From the NCBI GenBank assembly GCA_965217865.1, contig CBDCJO010000002.1, positions 5,344,001-5,408,000 of the forward strand: DNA of 64,000 nt, written 5' to 3'. This DNA is from Candidatus Latescibacterota bacterium. GTDB taxonomy: Bacteria > Latescibacterota > UBA2968 > SICM01. Below the pieces are notes generated by a model. It saw only the letters and a list, made by a program, of their open reading frames with translations, searched no databases and was not told the DNA's origin. The position numbers and the translations under genes are program-made. Position 1 is the stretch's first letter. Each line of letters opens with the position of its first letter. Below, piece by piece: positions 1 to 10,418 of this stretch.

Positions 1-35
1 ACAACGACGATCCAGATCCTACCAATGGAGGACAT
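1..35 (-). CDS. 5' end of a CDS running off the window edge (MSSIGRIWIVV...), possibly a signal peptide
   Basis: ATG at 35 preceded by AAAGGA RBS on the minus strand; only 11 codons visible. Confidence 0.45.
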   Translation of the reverse strand, partial: MSSIGRIWIVV

Positions 36-81
36 ATGATTCCTTTCGTTGGTTCGTGGAGGGGGCAGGGGAGAAGGGCGT

Positions 82-1512
82 TTAGTCGAGTTCCGTAGCA
101 ACGAATTTTAATCGACCCATCCGTTCCACCTGGAAAACAACCGTTTCGTGCACCGGGAAACTCTTTATCGCAGAACGCAATTCGACCAGACTCGTGACGG
201 GTTCTCCATTGATCGAATAGATCACGTCCCCTTGGGCGAATGCATCCTCGGCATAAGGGGCGTCGACTGCCTTGTCGGCAACGACGACCCCGGTCCGCTT
301 TCTGAGCGGTGGCAGCAGTTTTGAGATCTTCTCATCCAGTTCGATCGCCAGAATACCCAGCCGCGGGACAAGGTTTTTATCCGGGCTGACCATCCCGGAT
401 AAATTTTCAAATTCTTCCGCCCGTTCGATCACTGAAACAGGTAGGGTGAGGCGCCTGGAACCCCTGAGCACCTCGAGATTCACGGTTTCACCGATAGACC
501 GTCGATAGAGGTTGACCTCGAACTGGCGGCTGTTTTCCATGATCTTTCCGTCCATGGCAAGCACCAAATCACCCACCCTGAGCCCGGCACTATCGGCAGG
601 GCCATCGGGTGCCACGTCTGAAATAAGGACGCCCCAGGCCTGAGGGAGCCTCAGTCCGGCGGCCAGCACCGGATTGATGTTCTGGGCATCTGCGCCGATA
701 ATTCCCCGGCGGACCCGTCCAGTGGTGCGAATCTGCTCAAACACATTCCTTAGGATATTGCTAGGCCCGGCAAAACCGATCCCTTCATACCCTCCGGACT
801 GTGAGAAGATGAAGGTGTTGATCCCGACCACAAGACCTTCCATTGAAACCAGGGGACCACCGCTGTTTCCGGGGTTAACGGAGGCATCGGTCTGGATATA
901 GATCATGGGATCCTCGGGCCGGAGTTGCCGCGCCACGGCGCTCACGACACCCATGGTGACGGAATTCTCCAATCCGAGAGGACTTCCAAAGGCGAGGACG
1001 ATCTGCCCTGGCCGGAGATCCTCAGAATCGCCCAGTTTAAGGTAGGGAAGGCCCGTTTCAGCAATTTTCACCACGGCCATATCGGTCTCAGAGTCGAAAC
1101 CGACCAACTGCGCCCCAATCAGCCTTCCCCGGGGCTTCAGAATGGACTTTCTCTCGATATTCCCTGCTGACGGTCGGTTTAGAAGGATCTGGATTCTGCG
1201 GGCGCCTTCCACCACGTGAGCATTGGTGACGATATAACCCTCCGGGTGGAGGATGAACCCTGATCCGATCCGATGTCGACGAGCCAAAAGGGCCCCGACG
1301 CTTTCGCCTCCGCCGGGGGTGTAACCGGTCGCGAAAACCTGGACGACAGCTGGGGCAACCCCCTCGGATATGATTTCAAAAGCATCGCTGATTTTTGCAG
1401 CAGACAAGAGGATATTTCCCCGGTCTGCAGGTTTGGCCCCAAGATCTGGAGGGACGGTAAAGCTACAAGAAAAGGCGATGACAGCGATGATGAGGTTGTC
1501 AAGCGTTTTCAT
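82..1512 (-). CDS. HtrA/DegP-family trypsin-like serine protease with two PDZ domains
   Basis: Signal peptide; TNAHVV, DMAVVK and GNSGGPL catalytic triad motifs; two C-terminal PDZ-like segments. Confidence 0.95.
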   Translation of the reverse strand: MKTLDNLIIAVIAFSCSFTVPPDLGAKPADRGNILLSAAKISDAFEIISEGVAPAVVQVFATGYTPGGGESVGALLARRHRIGSGFILHPEGYIVTNAHVVEGARRIQILLNRPSAGNIERKSILKPRGRLIGAQLVGFDSETDMAVVKIAETGLPYLKLGDSEDLRPGQIVLAFGSPLGLENSVTMGVVSAVARQLRPEDPMIYIQTDASVNPGNSGGPLVSMEGLVVGINTFIFSQSGGYEGIGFAGPSNILRNVFEQIRTTGRVRRGIIGADAQNINPVLAAGLRLPQAWGVLISDVAPDGPADSAGLRVGDLVLAMDGKIMENSRQFEVNLYRRSIGETVNLEVLRGSRRLTLPVSVIERAEEFENLSGMVSPDKNLVPRLGILAIELDEKISKLLPPLRKRTGVVVADKAVDAPYAEDAFAQGDVIYSINGEPVTSLVELRSAIKSFPVHETVVFQVERMGRLKFVATELD

Positions 1513-1644
1513 CGAGGTTTCTCGGGATTACGATTGTAAAGGTCGAACTTTTGCAATGAGGCTCTCTGCCCAGATCTCACCCTTTGGCCGATTGGATCTC
1601 CGGAATTTTGTCCAGCGCCTTGGCCTTCAAAGTTCCCAGGGGTC

Positions 1645-2124
1645 TTATGCAAAAGTCTTCAGGACTTCCTGTTGGATCGACTGGAGTTCTGAATATGCTT
1701 TGTTGATCTCATCGATTTTTAACTGAAGGTGGTTCATCAACTGTTTTTTCTCCAGCCCGTTTCTGATGATGATTCGAAGATCCTCGTTATCCCACGGTTT
1801 CTCGATATACTGAAAAAGGCCGACTTCGTTGATCGCTTTGATCGCATTTTCCTTATCCGCATAGCCCGTCAGGATAATCCTCGGTATCTCAGGTTTGATT
1901 TCCCTTACGCGGCCAAGGAAACTGATCCCGTCCATCTGGGGCATCAGATAATCGGAAATCACAAGATCCACATCGTTTTCCTGAACAAATTCGAGGGCTT
2001 TCTCTGCGGAGGTGAAGGAAGTAACTTCGTATTCGGTCTCGAGGGTCAGGAAGGAGTTGATGCTTGTCAAAACCATCTCCTCATCGTCAACGATCACGAT
2101 TTTACCGATTTCATGATTTTCCAT
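1645..2124 (-). CDS. Response regulator (receiver domain plus short coiled tail)
   Basis: IVDDE, ISDYLMP, LTGY and KPW receiver motifs. Confidence 0.95.
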   Translation of the reverse strand: MENHEIGKIVIVDDEEMVLTSINSFLTLETEYEVTSFTSAEKALEFVQENDVDLVISDYLMPQMDGISFLGRVREIKPEIPRIILTGYADKENAIKAINEVGLFQYIEKPWDNEDLRIIIRNGLEKKQLMNHLQLKIDEINKAYSELQSIQQEVLKTFA

Positions 2125-2177
2125 CGATCACCCCTGTTGAGAAATTAAAGCGTTCCGCCGATGGAACGGCATCCGGG

Positions 2178-2624
2178 TCATGTCTCTCCTGCCGTTGTTT
2201 CGATGTTTACCCTTCCGACCAGTCCCCGAAGCTTTTTGACCATTGCCTTGAGTATTCCCTGTGTGATTTGGACGTTGTCTGCGAGCAGGTCGATAAATTC
2301 CTCTTTGTCGATCCTCAGTGCCCGGGTTTCCTCAATGGCCGTGGCAGAAGTCATCCGGGGTTCATCGTCAAACAGCGCCCAGGAGCCGAACGTTTCGTTC
2401 GAACCCGCAACTTTCACAACAAGATCGTTGCGATGAAGCCTTACCTGTCCTTCCAGGATCAGGTACGTGGTTTCCGCAGGATCCTGGTCTTTGTAGATGG
2501 TCTCCCCGTGTGGAAACGAGACCTCCTCCGCAATCGCAGCGATGTGGGCGAGCTGTTCCGTGGAAACCTCGGAAAATTCCTCCACGTTCTGAAGGAATAT
2601 GACTTTTTCGATCACCGTGAGCAT
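2178..2624 (-). CDS. Cyclic-nucleotide-binding domain protein
   Basis: EKVIFLQ start, GETIY...YLILEGQV, ETFGSWALFDDEPRMTSA cNMP signature; typical partner of NTT-HEAT genes. Confidence 0.9.
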   Translation of the reverse strand: MLTVIEKVIFLQNVEEFSEVSTEQLAHIAAIAEEVSFPHGETIYKDQDPAETTYLILEGQVRLHRNDLVVKVAGSNETFGSWALFDDEPRMTSATAIEETRALRIDKEEFIDLLADNVQITQGILKAMVKKLRGLVGRVNIETTAGET

Positions 2625-4411
2625 ATTGTGCGGATCGGAGGAATAAGGGGAATCCTAAAGGGTTGATATGATCATATTATGAGTTTGGCCCCGGGTTGTC
2701 AATTCCTTTTATATGGTCCTTTTTTCTGATGACCATCTCGGCTGTCTGGCGAATGACCAAGTCCGGGTCGTGCACGGCCTCTTCGACCAAATTTAACAAT
2801 TCAGGGGACTCCACCGCCCCGACGTTGTATATCGCACAAGCCTTCAACCATGAATCCCCCCCGCGGATAAGATAGATCAGAGCATCCACCCGGTTTTCGA
2901 TTTGCCCTCCCAATACTCCCTGTCGTTGAAAGATGGCAGACTCTCCGGGCACCTGGTCAATATAAGGAAAAATGATATCTTTCAGGTTTTTCTGTACGAC
3001 ATTATCGAGAAATTCGATTGCGCTTGCTCGAACCGACCTGCTTCCACTGACGATTCCCCGATAGGCATTGTATATATCCTTGGCCGGATAGTGTAATCCG
3101 AGAAGTCTGAAGATGAATTCCAGTTTTTGATCCAGCTTCTCGGATATGGCTTTGCCAAGGAGTTTTTCAGCCCCGTCGTTCCCGATCGGATTCTCCCGGA
3201 GAACGTGAAGGGACTTTAGAATTTCACCGTAGGTTTTGGCCTCTTCGATCAATGCCCCATCGACGGCCTTTTCGTTGAACCACAACTCGGGGTATCGACG
3301 AAGCTTGTTCAACGATTTGATGAGGGGATGTTTTAGTCGGACATCCTCCTGGTCGATTCGTGCCATCAATATGTCCACAGACTGTTGGGTGGGAATTTCA
3401 TTCAGGACCCTGAGAATGTTGGATCGGGTAATCAGATCCAACGTGGGGTCCGAAAGATAATCTTCAAGCAGGTCCAGGACTTTTGGGCCGAATGTAGTCA
3501 GGGCTTTCCGTGCATCCGCGCGGTATCGTGTGTCCGAGAGCTTGGAGATTAGCAAGGGAACGAATTCGAGATCGCCGATTCGGCCGACACTATCGATGGT
3601 CTGCCTGGCGACGGGAGGGGAAGGATCTTTTATCAAGTCCAAAAGGTACGGGTTCAGCTTTGACCTGTTCAAGGCTCCTAAAACTTTTGCTGCCTGTATC
3701 CTGCTGGTCTCTCCTCCCTCGCCTTCTCGGTCGGCCAGGGATTCAATGAATGCCTCGTCGATAAGGTCTTTTTCTTCCGGGGTGCCGTAGGTTGCGACGC
3801 ATTCGACCGCAGCCCCCTGTATCCTAGGATCCGGATCCTGCAGGTATTTTTTCAACCAGTTCGGCCTGTCTCCACCGGCCTGCTGGAAAAACAGGTGCAT
3901 GGCTTCCCGGCGCACATCCGGATCGTCATCCTGAAGAAGATCCTCCAGCTCAAGTTTCAGGTCCTGCGGACCCTGTCTCTGGAGGGTCTGTATGGCCTTT
4001 CGGCGCACTTCGGCTGAATCGTGCGCTACGAGAGAAAGGACAGGCCCTACCAGCCCCGAATCTTTAATCGATGACAGCATGTCCAGGGCGTATACCACCT
4101 GACGTTCATTTCCGCTTTCCAGGGACGTCACCAGCGATTTGATTGATGAGGCCTCTGAGATATCCGACCGGAGCTCACCCAGATCGATCTCGTGTCTCTC
4201 CAGGGCCTTGCGAAATGCCTCCACATAGGCCCGCCGGGTCCGAAAAATCAGGATAGACCAGATCCCTATCAGGGTGAGGGAGATAAGGCTCAGGTGATGG
4301 TAAGCCATCCCCAAAAACCCTGTCAGCAGCAGGACCAGAACGGCCCCGACCCCGGTTGCCAGATTGTCGACGGTGGTGTCGATCAGGATCTTGGTCCGCT
4401 GCTTAACCTAG

Positions 4412-5937
4412 CAGCCCGTTGAAGAACTACCTTTCAACGCACATAAACGGAAAAGACGCCTGGAGTGCGGGTCGGATAAATCAAGGTAAGGAGATTGAGC
4501 AGGAGACGCTGATAAGAGGTTAAAAAGGTGACCGAGGGCAGCAAACGTGATTGTAGGACGAGCAGTAGACGCTGCAAGGCCTTGGCCAGGTCCTGGAGGG
4601 CCTTCGGAGTACCTACGCCCATCACTTTGCGCATGAGCAGAGCCAGGTTGCAGCCCCCGATGTGGATCAGCAAACGCTTGAGGATATTGCCGCGGTCTCT
4701 CAAGTGCAACCTGCGCATGCCACCGGTATCATATGTGTGAGCGATGGTTCTTTCCACCCGTTCTGCACGACTTCGGCGCAAGGCCTTGCCGCGATCTCCC
4801 TTGATCCGGCGTCGATTCGCATATACCGCGGCCTGCTCATCTCGTCGGCCGTTCCACTTGCGGCGTCCCCGATCCGGTTCTGAAATGTAACTCCGGATGC
4901 CGCCTTGCTTCAGACTGGTCAATACATCGTTGCTATGATATCCTTTGTCCGCAACCACCTCCCGTATACGCTGTCTGTGCAAACGTTTGGCAGCTTTTTC
5001 GTCCTTCGCGACCTGCTTGAGATTGAGCGGCGCCTCGAGCAGCGTCCAGGGCAACGACTCGGTATCTCCTTCATCTGCTCCCGACAACGCCACTGCCACA
5101 ATGGCATTGGTGTCCAGATCCACCGCGTGCTCCACCTTGTGCGCCATGTGCGTGCGACCGTCCTTCATCTTAGCGATCTTGGCATCCGGGTCGTGCGGGT
5201 GCTCCCAGTCCTGGTTCGATCCCTTCTTCGGTCGCTTCTTATCGATCTTGGACAAGTCCTCGCGGGTAGGCGTTTCAATGCCCGAGGCCTTGGCCAGATT
5301 CTCAAGGAATGCCTGGTAGCCTTCACCCGTGTCACGGCGTACAATGCTGCGCATCGCGGCGTTGGCCTCCAGTGTCGTAGCATCCACGCCCAACGTCTTC
5401 CCCTTCACCAGACCCGCTTTGCACAAGACCCTCAGGATCCACTTGAAAACCGCTTCGTGAACTTCCAAGGGAAGCCGATGCCGGATGCGAGACAGGCTGG
5501 AATGATCCGGGGTCTGTTCGTCAAGGGCATACCCCAAAAACCGGCGCAACGTCAGCGAGTCAGATACACGCCATTCGATCCCACGTTCCGAATCAAGTCC
5601 CTCGAAATACCCAATCAAAAGCATCCGAAAATAAACCCCGGGCGGAATGCCCTTGCGACCCATATGAGGAGCGTAATACCGCTGGCAAAGCCCCTCGACG
5701 AACTCGTCGAAGCCGTTCGCCCCCAATACCTGATTCAGCTTCTCGTAGAACGGATGACCCGGAGATTTCACCAAAGTGTTCGATGCGATGAACAGGTTTT
5801 CCTGTCTCTGTCGTCCTCGTTTTCCCATTGCCATTTGCTCGTCCTCCCTTCTCAGTTTGAACCTGATATATCATAGGACCAAACCACAAGGAAAGACAAC
5901 AGTCATCTTGGCATAAACGCACTTTTTCAACAGGCTG
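4412..5937 (-). mobile_element. Insertion sequence (IS5/IS1182-type), ~1526 bp, 4-bp CTAG target duplication
   Basis: Terminal inverted repeats CAGCCCGTTGAAGAA (from 4412) and CAGCCTGTTGAAAAA (reverse complement ending 5937); CTAG at 4408-4411 and 5938-5941. Confidence 0.92.
4434..5834 (-). CDS. DDE transposase (DUF772 N-terminus plus DDE domain)
   Basis: HPFY...SERGIEWR...TPDHSSLSR (DUF772-type), GVDATT, DPDAK, VADKGY and ERVER motifs. Confidence 0.95.
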   Translation of the reverse strand: MAMGKRGRQRQENLFIASNTLVKSPGHPFYEKLNQVLGANGFDEFVEGLCQRYYAPHMGRKGIPPGVYFRMLLIGYFEGLDSERGIEWRVSDSLTLRRFLGYALDEQTPDHSSLSRIRHRLPLEVHEAVFKWILRVLCKAGLVKGKTLGVDATTLEANAAMRSIVRRDTGEGYQAFLENLAKASGIETPTREDLSKIDKKRPKKGSNQDWEHPHDPDAKIAKMKDGRTHMAHKVEHAVDLDTNAIVAVALSGADEGDTESLPWTLLEAPLNLKQVAKDEKAAKRLHRQRIREVVADKGYHSNDVLTSLKQGGIRSYISEPDRGRRKWNGRRDEQAAVYANRRRIKGDRGKALRRSRAERVERTIAHTYDTGGMRRLHLRDRGNILKRLLIHIGGCNLALLMRKVMGVGTPKALQDLAKALQRLLLVLQSRLLPSVTFLTSYQRLLLNLLTLIYPTRTPGVFSVYVR

Positions 5938-6553
5938 CTAGGGCGGGATGGGCAGAAAGAGAATTTCTGTGGCGGCCTTGTGAATGGAATGCCGAAATCC
6001 GCCGTCACCGATCTTGATTGTGATCCCTGCCCAAAGCCCTGGAATTATCAGTATTGCCAGCGAACCGAGCCCCAGGCTCAAGGGCAGGAAGAAGAGCGCC
6101 ACACCAACACCGAGGGATCTCAGGATTCGTGTGGTAAATAGCAACTGGAAACAAAACGCAAAGGCGCTGAGATAGGCGAAAAACTGGCCAAAAAAAGCTG
6201 TCTTTTCATCCCTGAGGGGGTAGACCCTCCACGATCTCGTTAAACTGTACCTCTACGATCGTCGCCACTACAGCCACCAAACCAGCGGACAGGGCAAGGT
6301 GGCGCAGGAGGTCGGACTTTGCGATGGATCTCAGGGCGCCTTCCGGCCGTTCTTTCTCCCGTCGCAGGCGGCCCTCTTCGGGGCGGGCACCGTAGAGCAG
6401 CCCCAGACAACTTCCGATTGCCGCTACGCAAACGAGGAGCAGGTCCTCCGTGCCGACGATTTCGACGATCCATCCCGTGAAGGCCCCCCCAAGGATGGCC
6501 CCGGCAATGCCCCCGGTGCCGATCAGTCCGAACAGCCGTCGCGCTTCGCGTGG

Positions 6554-7378
6554 AGGCCGCGTTCCACTTCGCTTGTGCCCACCATTGAAAAGCTAGGGAG
6601 TTTCCGACGGTTCAGTCCTGAGACAACGGCTTCGAATTGTTCTGCCGAAAGGCCCAGAAGAGGTGCGACGTACACGGCCTCCACTTCAGGGGAGAGGGCA
6701 TCGAGTCCGGCCTCGACGGATTCTTCAACAGAAATAAAGTCCATCTGGATGTCGAGGTCACCAACAGCTTTAATCAGGTTTTCCCGGACCTCCGGAATGG
6801 CTTTGCGGACGACCCCTGTATTCAGAAAGGCGATCCGGGAAAATGAAACGACTTCGCGAAAGATTTTCAGATCGCTTTTAACATCCGAGGGAAAAGTGAT
6901 ATAACTCAGATTTTTCACCCCGCTCGTCCCGTCTTTCAGGGGAATTCCCTGGACCTTTGGATCCAGAACAAACGGGGCCACAACGGGCTTGGCCAGCGGT
7001 CCTTTTCGACGACAGATATCGTTAGAGGCCAGGACTCCTGACGCGATGATGATCCGGACCTCCGGGTCGGCCAGCAGTTTATCCAGAGCGGCTCGAATCG
7101 CGGAGACGGTCCAATCGGCCTGTATCAGCTTGTCCGGGGGAAACTCAACGTTGAACTCCCCCCGGGTGAGGTCCCAGGATCTCGTCCTGAAAGGATTTCA
7201 CGATTTCATCGTTCCGTTCCCAAGGCCCGTCAATGACGATGCCGATCCGAACGAGTGGCAGTTCGGAGGCCCTCAGCGGGGTCAGGAAGAGGGTAAGAAC
7301 CGACAGCCCACCGAATAAAATTGAAACCAATTTAGGCCAGAACCGGTTTGGCATAGAGATCACCTCGTTTTTCTTCAA
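6554..7378 (-). pseudogene. N-terminal fragment of a secreted ABC-substrate-binding-like (probably TolC-fused) protein; +1 frameshift ~7174 and 3' deletion
   Basis: Signal peptide plus VRIGIVIDGPW (7145..7378); other frame continues DLTRGEFNVEFP...VAPFVLD...LPSFSMVGTSEVERGL (6523..6981), then joins the NTT coding sequence. TolC association is recalled, not visible. Confidence 0.6.
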
Positions 7379-8835
7379 AAATCCAGCCCCATGGAAAAGC
7401 CGATCCGCACCTTATTAAAGTCGCTGTGCGCGACGAATACCTTGCCCAGGAGTGCGGTCTCCGTGCGGATGCTGATTCCCCCTCCCCAGGACGTATGAAA
7501 TCGGTCCATCTCAATCTGGTCGTAATTATCGAAGATCTGCCCTTCCTCCCAGAAAATGTAAGCGTTCCACGTGTCCCAAATCGGATATCGGTACTCCAGG
7601 TTAAGCAACAGGGAACCTTCTCCTCGAAAGAATCCACGCCGGTACCCCCTGAACTGTGTGCTTCCCCCCAACTGAACCAGATCGGTGTAGGGAATTTCTC
7701 CACCCCGGAATTCGTATAATTTCTCCAATTGTGCCTGAAACATCAGGATGCGATTTCTCCAGAAGAGGGTGAGGTATCCCTGAACTTCCGCCCCCATACG
7801 AATAAATTGGAAGTCCTTTGATCCGGTCACGAATTCCGCATCCAGTTCGATAAGACCCCCGTTTTCGGGGTAGGAGAGATCGCGATAATGGTGAAAACGA
7901 CCATCCTCATAGGTGAGGTTTCGGCCGGGGAACCTGTAGTTCAAGGGATGGGAGATCCTGTCGGTCGGCTCTCGGTAATCCCGCCCGTCGTAACGGACTC
8001 GGCCCCCAAACCGGTGGAGCCAGAATTCCTTCTCTAGCCCGTTCAGCAGCCTGGCCTGGGGGGTGGATCCCGTGTCCCTCAATTGGATTGTTGGACCCCG
8101 AAGCTGCCGGAAGTCCCTCTTTCCCGTTCCCAATATTCCTTCAAGATAAAAATTCTTTTTGTAAGGTTCAAGAGGTCCGGCGTTGAGACGCCATCCGATA
8201 ATCGATAAGAGATCCATCTGATCAATTCGGAAAATACGTGTGGGATCATCCCGAACGGCCGCGTTGATGTTAGCGTTCCGGTTCCGCGTTCGGAGATATC
8301 CGACTTCTGTGGTCAGGTAAATGCGCCCATCGGCCACGCTTGGGTCCATGTACATCGCCTCACCCATCTGTCCCCGGCCTCCGGAATAGATCATAAGGGC
8401 ATCAAATTGTTTGCCTTTTCCCGCTATGTTGGAATGGAAGATCCGGCCGCCCCCACCCGTTCCGGTTTCGCCCCCGAACGTGATCTGAGGAAGGAACCCG
8501 AATGTCCTGTCTTCGTTCATAAACAGATTCAACATATGGATTGCAATTTTTCCTCGTTCGGCATAGACGGTTAACTTTCCCAAAGGATAGATCATCCCCG
8601 AAAAAAACAGCCGGGGAATGGCAAATATCGGGTATGATCTGGATTTGTAGAAATCCGTCGTGTCCGGGTTCGCTTTTTGCCATCGAGCAAGATAACCCGA
8701 TTGATAGATATCGTTCGAATCAGGCCTTGACAACTCTTGAGCGATCCCGGGAGGGGAATCGGTCAAAAGAAGGAATGCCCAGACAAGGATCGCTGAAAGA
8801 ACACGATCTCCTGTGGAAAAATTAAACATTTGCAT
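7375..8835 (-). CDS. BamA/TamA (Omp85) family outer-membrane beta-barrel protein
   Basis: Signal peptide, LGGSTQFRGYRRGFF (Omp85 RG motif), EYRYP, amphipathic beta strands, C-terminal Phe. Confidence 0.88.
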   Translation of the reverse strand: MQMFNFSTGDRVLSAILVWAFLLLTDSPPGIAQELSRPDSNDIYQSGYLARWQKANPDTTDFYKSRSYPIFAIPRLFFSGMIYPLGKLTVYAERGKIAIHMLNLFMNEDRTFGFLPQITFGGETGTGGGGRIFHSNIAGKGKQFDALMIYSGGRGQMGEAMYMDPSVADGRIYLTTEVGYLRTRNRNANINAAVRDDPTRIFRIDQMDLLSIIGWRLNAGPLEPYKKNFYLEGILGTGKRDFRQLRGPTIQLRDTGSTPQARLLNGLEKEFWLHRFGGRVRYDGRDYREPTDRISHPLNYRFPGRNLTYEDGRFHHYRDLSYPENGGLIELDAEFVTGSKDFQFIRMGAEVQGYLTLFWRNRILMFQAQLEKLYEFRGGEIPYTDLVQLGGSTQFRGYRRGFFRGEGSLLLNLEYRYPIWDTWNAYIFWEEGQIFDNYDQIEMDRFHTSWGGGISIRTETALLGKVFVAHSDFNKVRIGFSMGLDF

Positions 8836-9146
8836 ATGAATTCGGATTGGAAACAGAGCTGATGGCGTTCTGGATCCTGGCGCCGGAGAAGGAGGGTGGC
8901 TGAAGGCAAAAGGTCGTCGTGATATCGACTTCCATCATCCTAAAACAGTTGATAATTCTATATGATACTTCAAAACCTGTCAAGGGGAGATTATTTTGTT
9001 TAAACCTTTTTGGAAACAAGAGATCAGTTTAGAAAAACATTATTGAAAAATGTTTTCATAAAGAGATAGAACTGGGGTTCAAAGTCGCATCAGTCGTGCC
9101 TGGTACAGGGTTTGCAGGAGCAAGACCGTGGAGGTGATGAAAAACA

Positions 9147-10358
9147 ATGTCTTCAAGGGAAATAAAAAAACCCCAACCCCCTGCCCCCCGGTTTTCTTCG
9201 CAGCTGAATATTCTTATAGTAACAGACGATTTCAAGCCAAATCTTGGCGGGGTTGCGGAATACACCCACAATTTGGCGAGGCAACTGATTCGGTTTGGCG
9301 ATTCCGTGACCGTGTTGGCCAGCCGGGTTCCTGGGGATGAGACTTTTGATCGGGGGTGTGAATATGAGGTCTTGAGAGTCGAATCTACGCTCAGTCAACA
9401 CGCGTTTGACACTGAGGTAGTGACCTTTCTCCACGAATGGAGGCGCAAAGTCGATTATGTGGCAACGGCCACAAGGGCCGATTGCATCCTTTGTACGAAA
9501 GGCTTCCCTTTAGGCTTATATTGCTCGATATCCGCTAAAAGACTGTTTATCCCTTATCTGGTCACGGTTCACGAATCCGATGTAAGGAATCTCGAAACTC
9601 TTTCTCTGCGACCGATCCAGTTAGACTATGCCTTGAAAAAAGCGGATGTCCTGGTCTGCGTCAGCAATTTTGTTCAATCCCAGGTTTCCGAACTTGGCCT
9701 GGAGACGGATAAGACCGTTGTGATTCCGAATGGTGTGGACCCTCGAGCGTTTCGTCCCTCCGATGGAGGGGTGAGGCTCCGGAGGCGTTTGGGATTGAAT
9801 GGCCAGCCAGCCATCCTTACTCCAGGCCCCCTTGCTGAAGGAAAAGGGATGGAACGGGAGATCGCTGCTTTTAAAAAGGTCTTGATGGGAATTCCGGACA
9901 CGGTCTACCTCATCGCCGGGAACCGCTCCTATGAAAAGGAACTTAAAAGGGAGATCGATAGACATACGGACTTGAGGGAACACATTATCTTCGTAGAACC
10001 TGCCATCGGCCACGGACGATCGGATTTGTATAACGCCTCCGACGTGTTTGCGATGCCCTGTCATGAGATGGCTGACGGACTTGGGATGTCCTTCCTGGAG
10101 GCGAACGCCTGTGGAAAGCCGGTCGTAGCAGGCCGTTCGAATTATACCCGGGATATAGTCGTGGAAGGGCACAACGGTCTTCTTGTCGACCCGTGGGATT
10201 CCAACTATCTGGCCTATGTCCTCATGATGCTGCTGATGGATCGGGAATATGCCAGCCATTTGGGAAAGAACGGACTTCGGAGGGTTCGTGAGGATTACGA
10301 TTGGGAAAAGTTGGCGATGCGGATTAGGGAGGAGATTGTTCGGGTGAGGAAAACATGA
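9147..10358 (+). CDS. Glycosyltransferase family 4 (GT-B)
   Basis: GGVAEY, IPNGVD, FLEANACGKPVV and NGLLVDP motifs. Confidence 0.9.
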   Translation: MSSREIKKPQPPAPRFSSQLNILIVTDDFKPNLGGVAEYTHNLARQLIRFGDSVTVLASRVPGDETFDRGCEYEVLRVESTLSQHAFDTEVVTFLHEWRRKVDYVATATRADCILCTKGFPLGLYCSISAKRLFIPYLVTVHESDVRNLETLSLRPIQLDYALKKADVLVCVSNFVQSQVSELGLETDKTVVIPNGVDPRAFRPSDGGVRLRRRLGLNGQPAILTPGPLAEGKGMEREIAAFKKVLMGIPDTVYLIAGNRSYEKELKREIDRHTDLREHIIFVEPAIGHGRSDLYNASDVFAMPCHEMADGLGMSFLEANACGKPVVAGRSNYTRDIVVEGHNGLLVDPWDSNYLAYVLMMLLMDREYASHLGKNGLRRVREDYDWEKLAMRIREEIVRVRKT

Positions 10359-10400
10359 AAATGAAAAATGATAATTTCAAAATGGAAATTGTAAAATTAA
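10355..10400. repeat. A-rich degenerate heptamer-like repeats (left flank of the four-helix-bundle gene)
   Basis: atgaaaatgaaaaatgataatttcaaaatggaaattgtaaaatt; imperfect inverted counterpart at 10780-10810. Confidence 0.55.
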
Positions 10401-10418
10401 ATAATAAGCAAAACAGAT

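Larger units (their letters stand above)
2677..6553 (-). pseudogene. Npt1/Npt2 (TLC ATP/ADP translocase-like) transporter fused to HEAT repeats; 5'-truncated, frameshifted, amber stop, IS-interrupted
   Basis: Manual translation gives PREARRLFGLIGTGGIAGAILGG (from ~6553), IVEVQFNEIVE | frameshift ~6225 | YPLRDEKTAFFGQFFAYLS, ...LFLPIPP*VKQRTKILIDTTVD across the IS, then the 2677..4314 HEAT-repeat ORF. Confidence 0.88.

Noticed and set aside
4408-4410. Amber readthrough (pyrrolysine or recoding) in the NTT gene
   Set aside because: The gene has other lesions, TAG is used as a normal stop elsewhere in the window, and no pyl genes are present
9147-10358. GT4 with a degenerate nucleotide-binding motif (TPGPL instead of the usual VGRL)
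   Set aside because: Within family variation as far as I can judge; not enough evidence for inactivation
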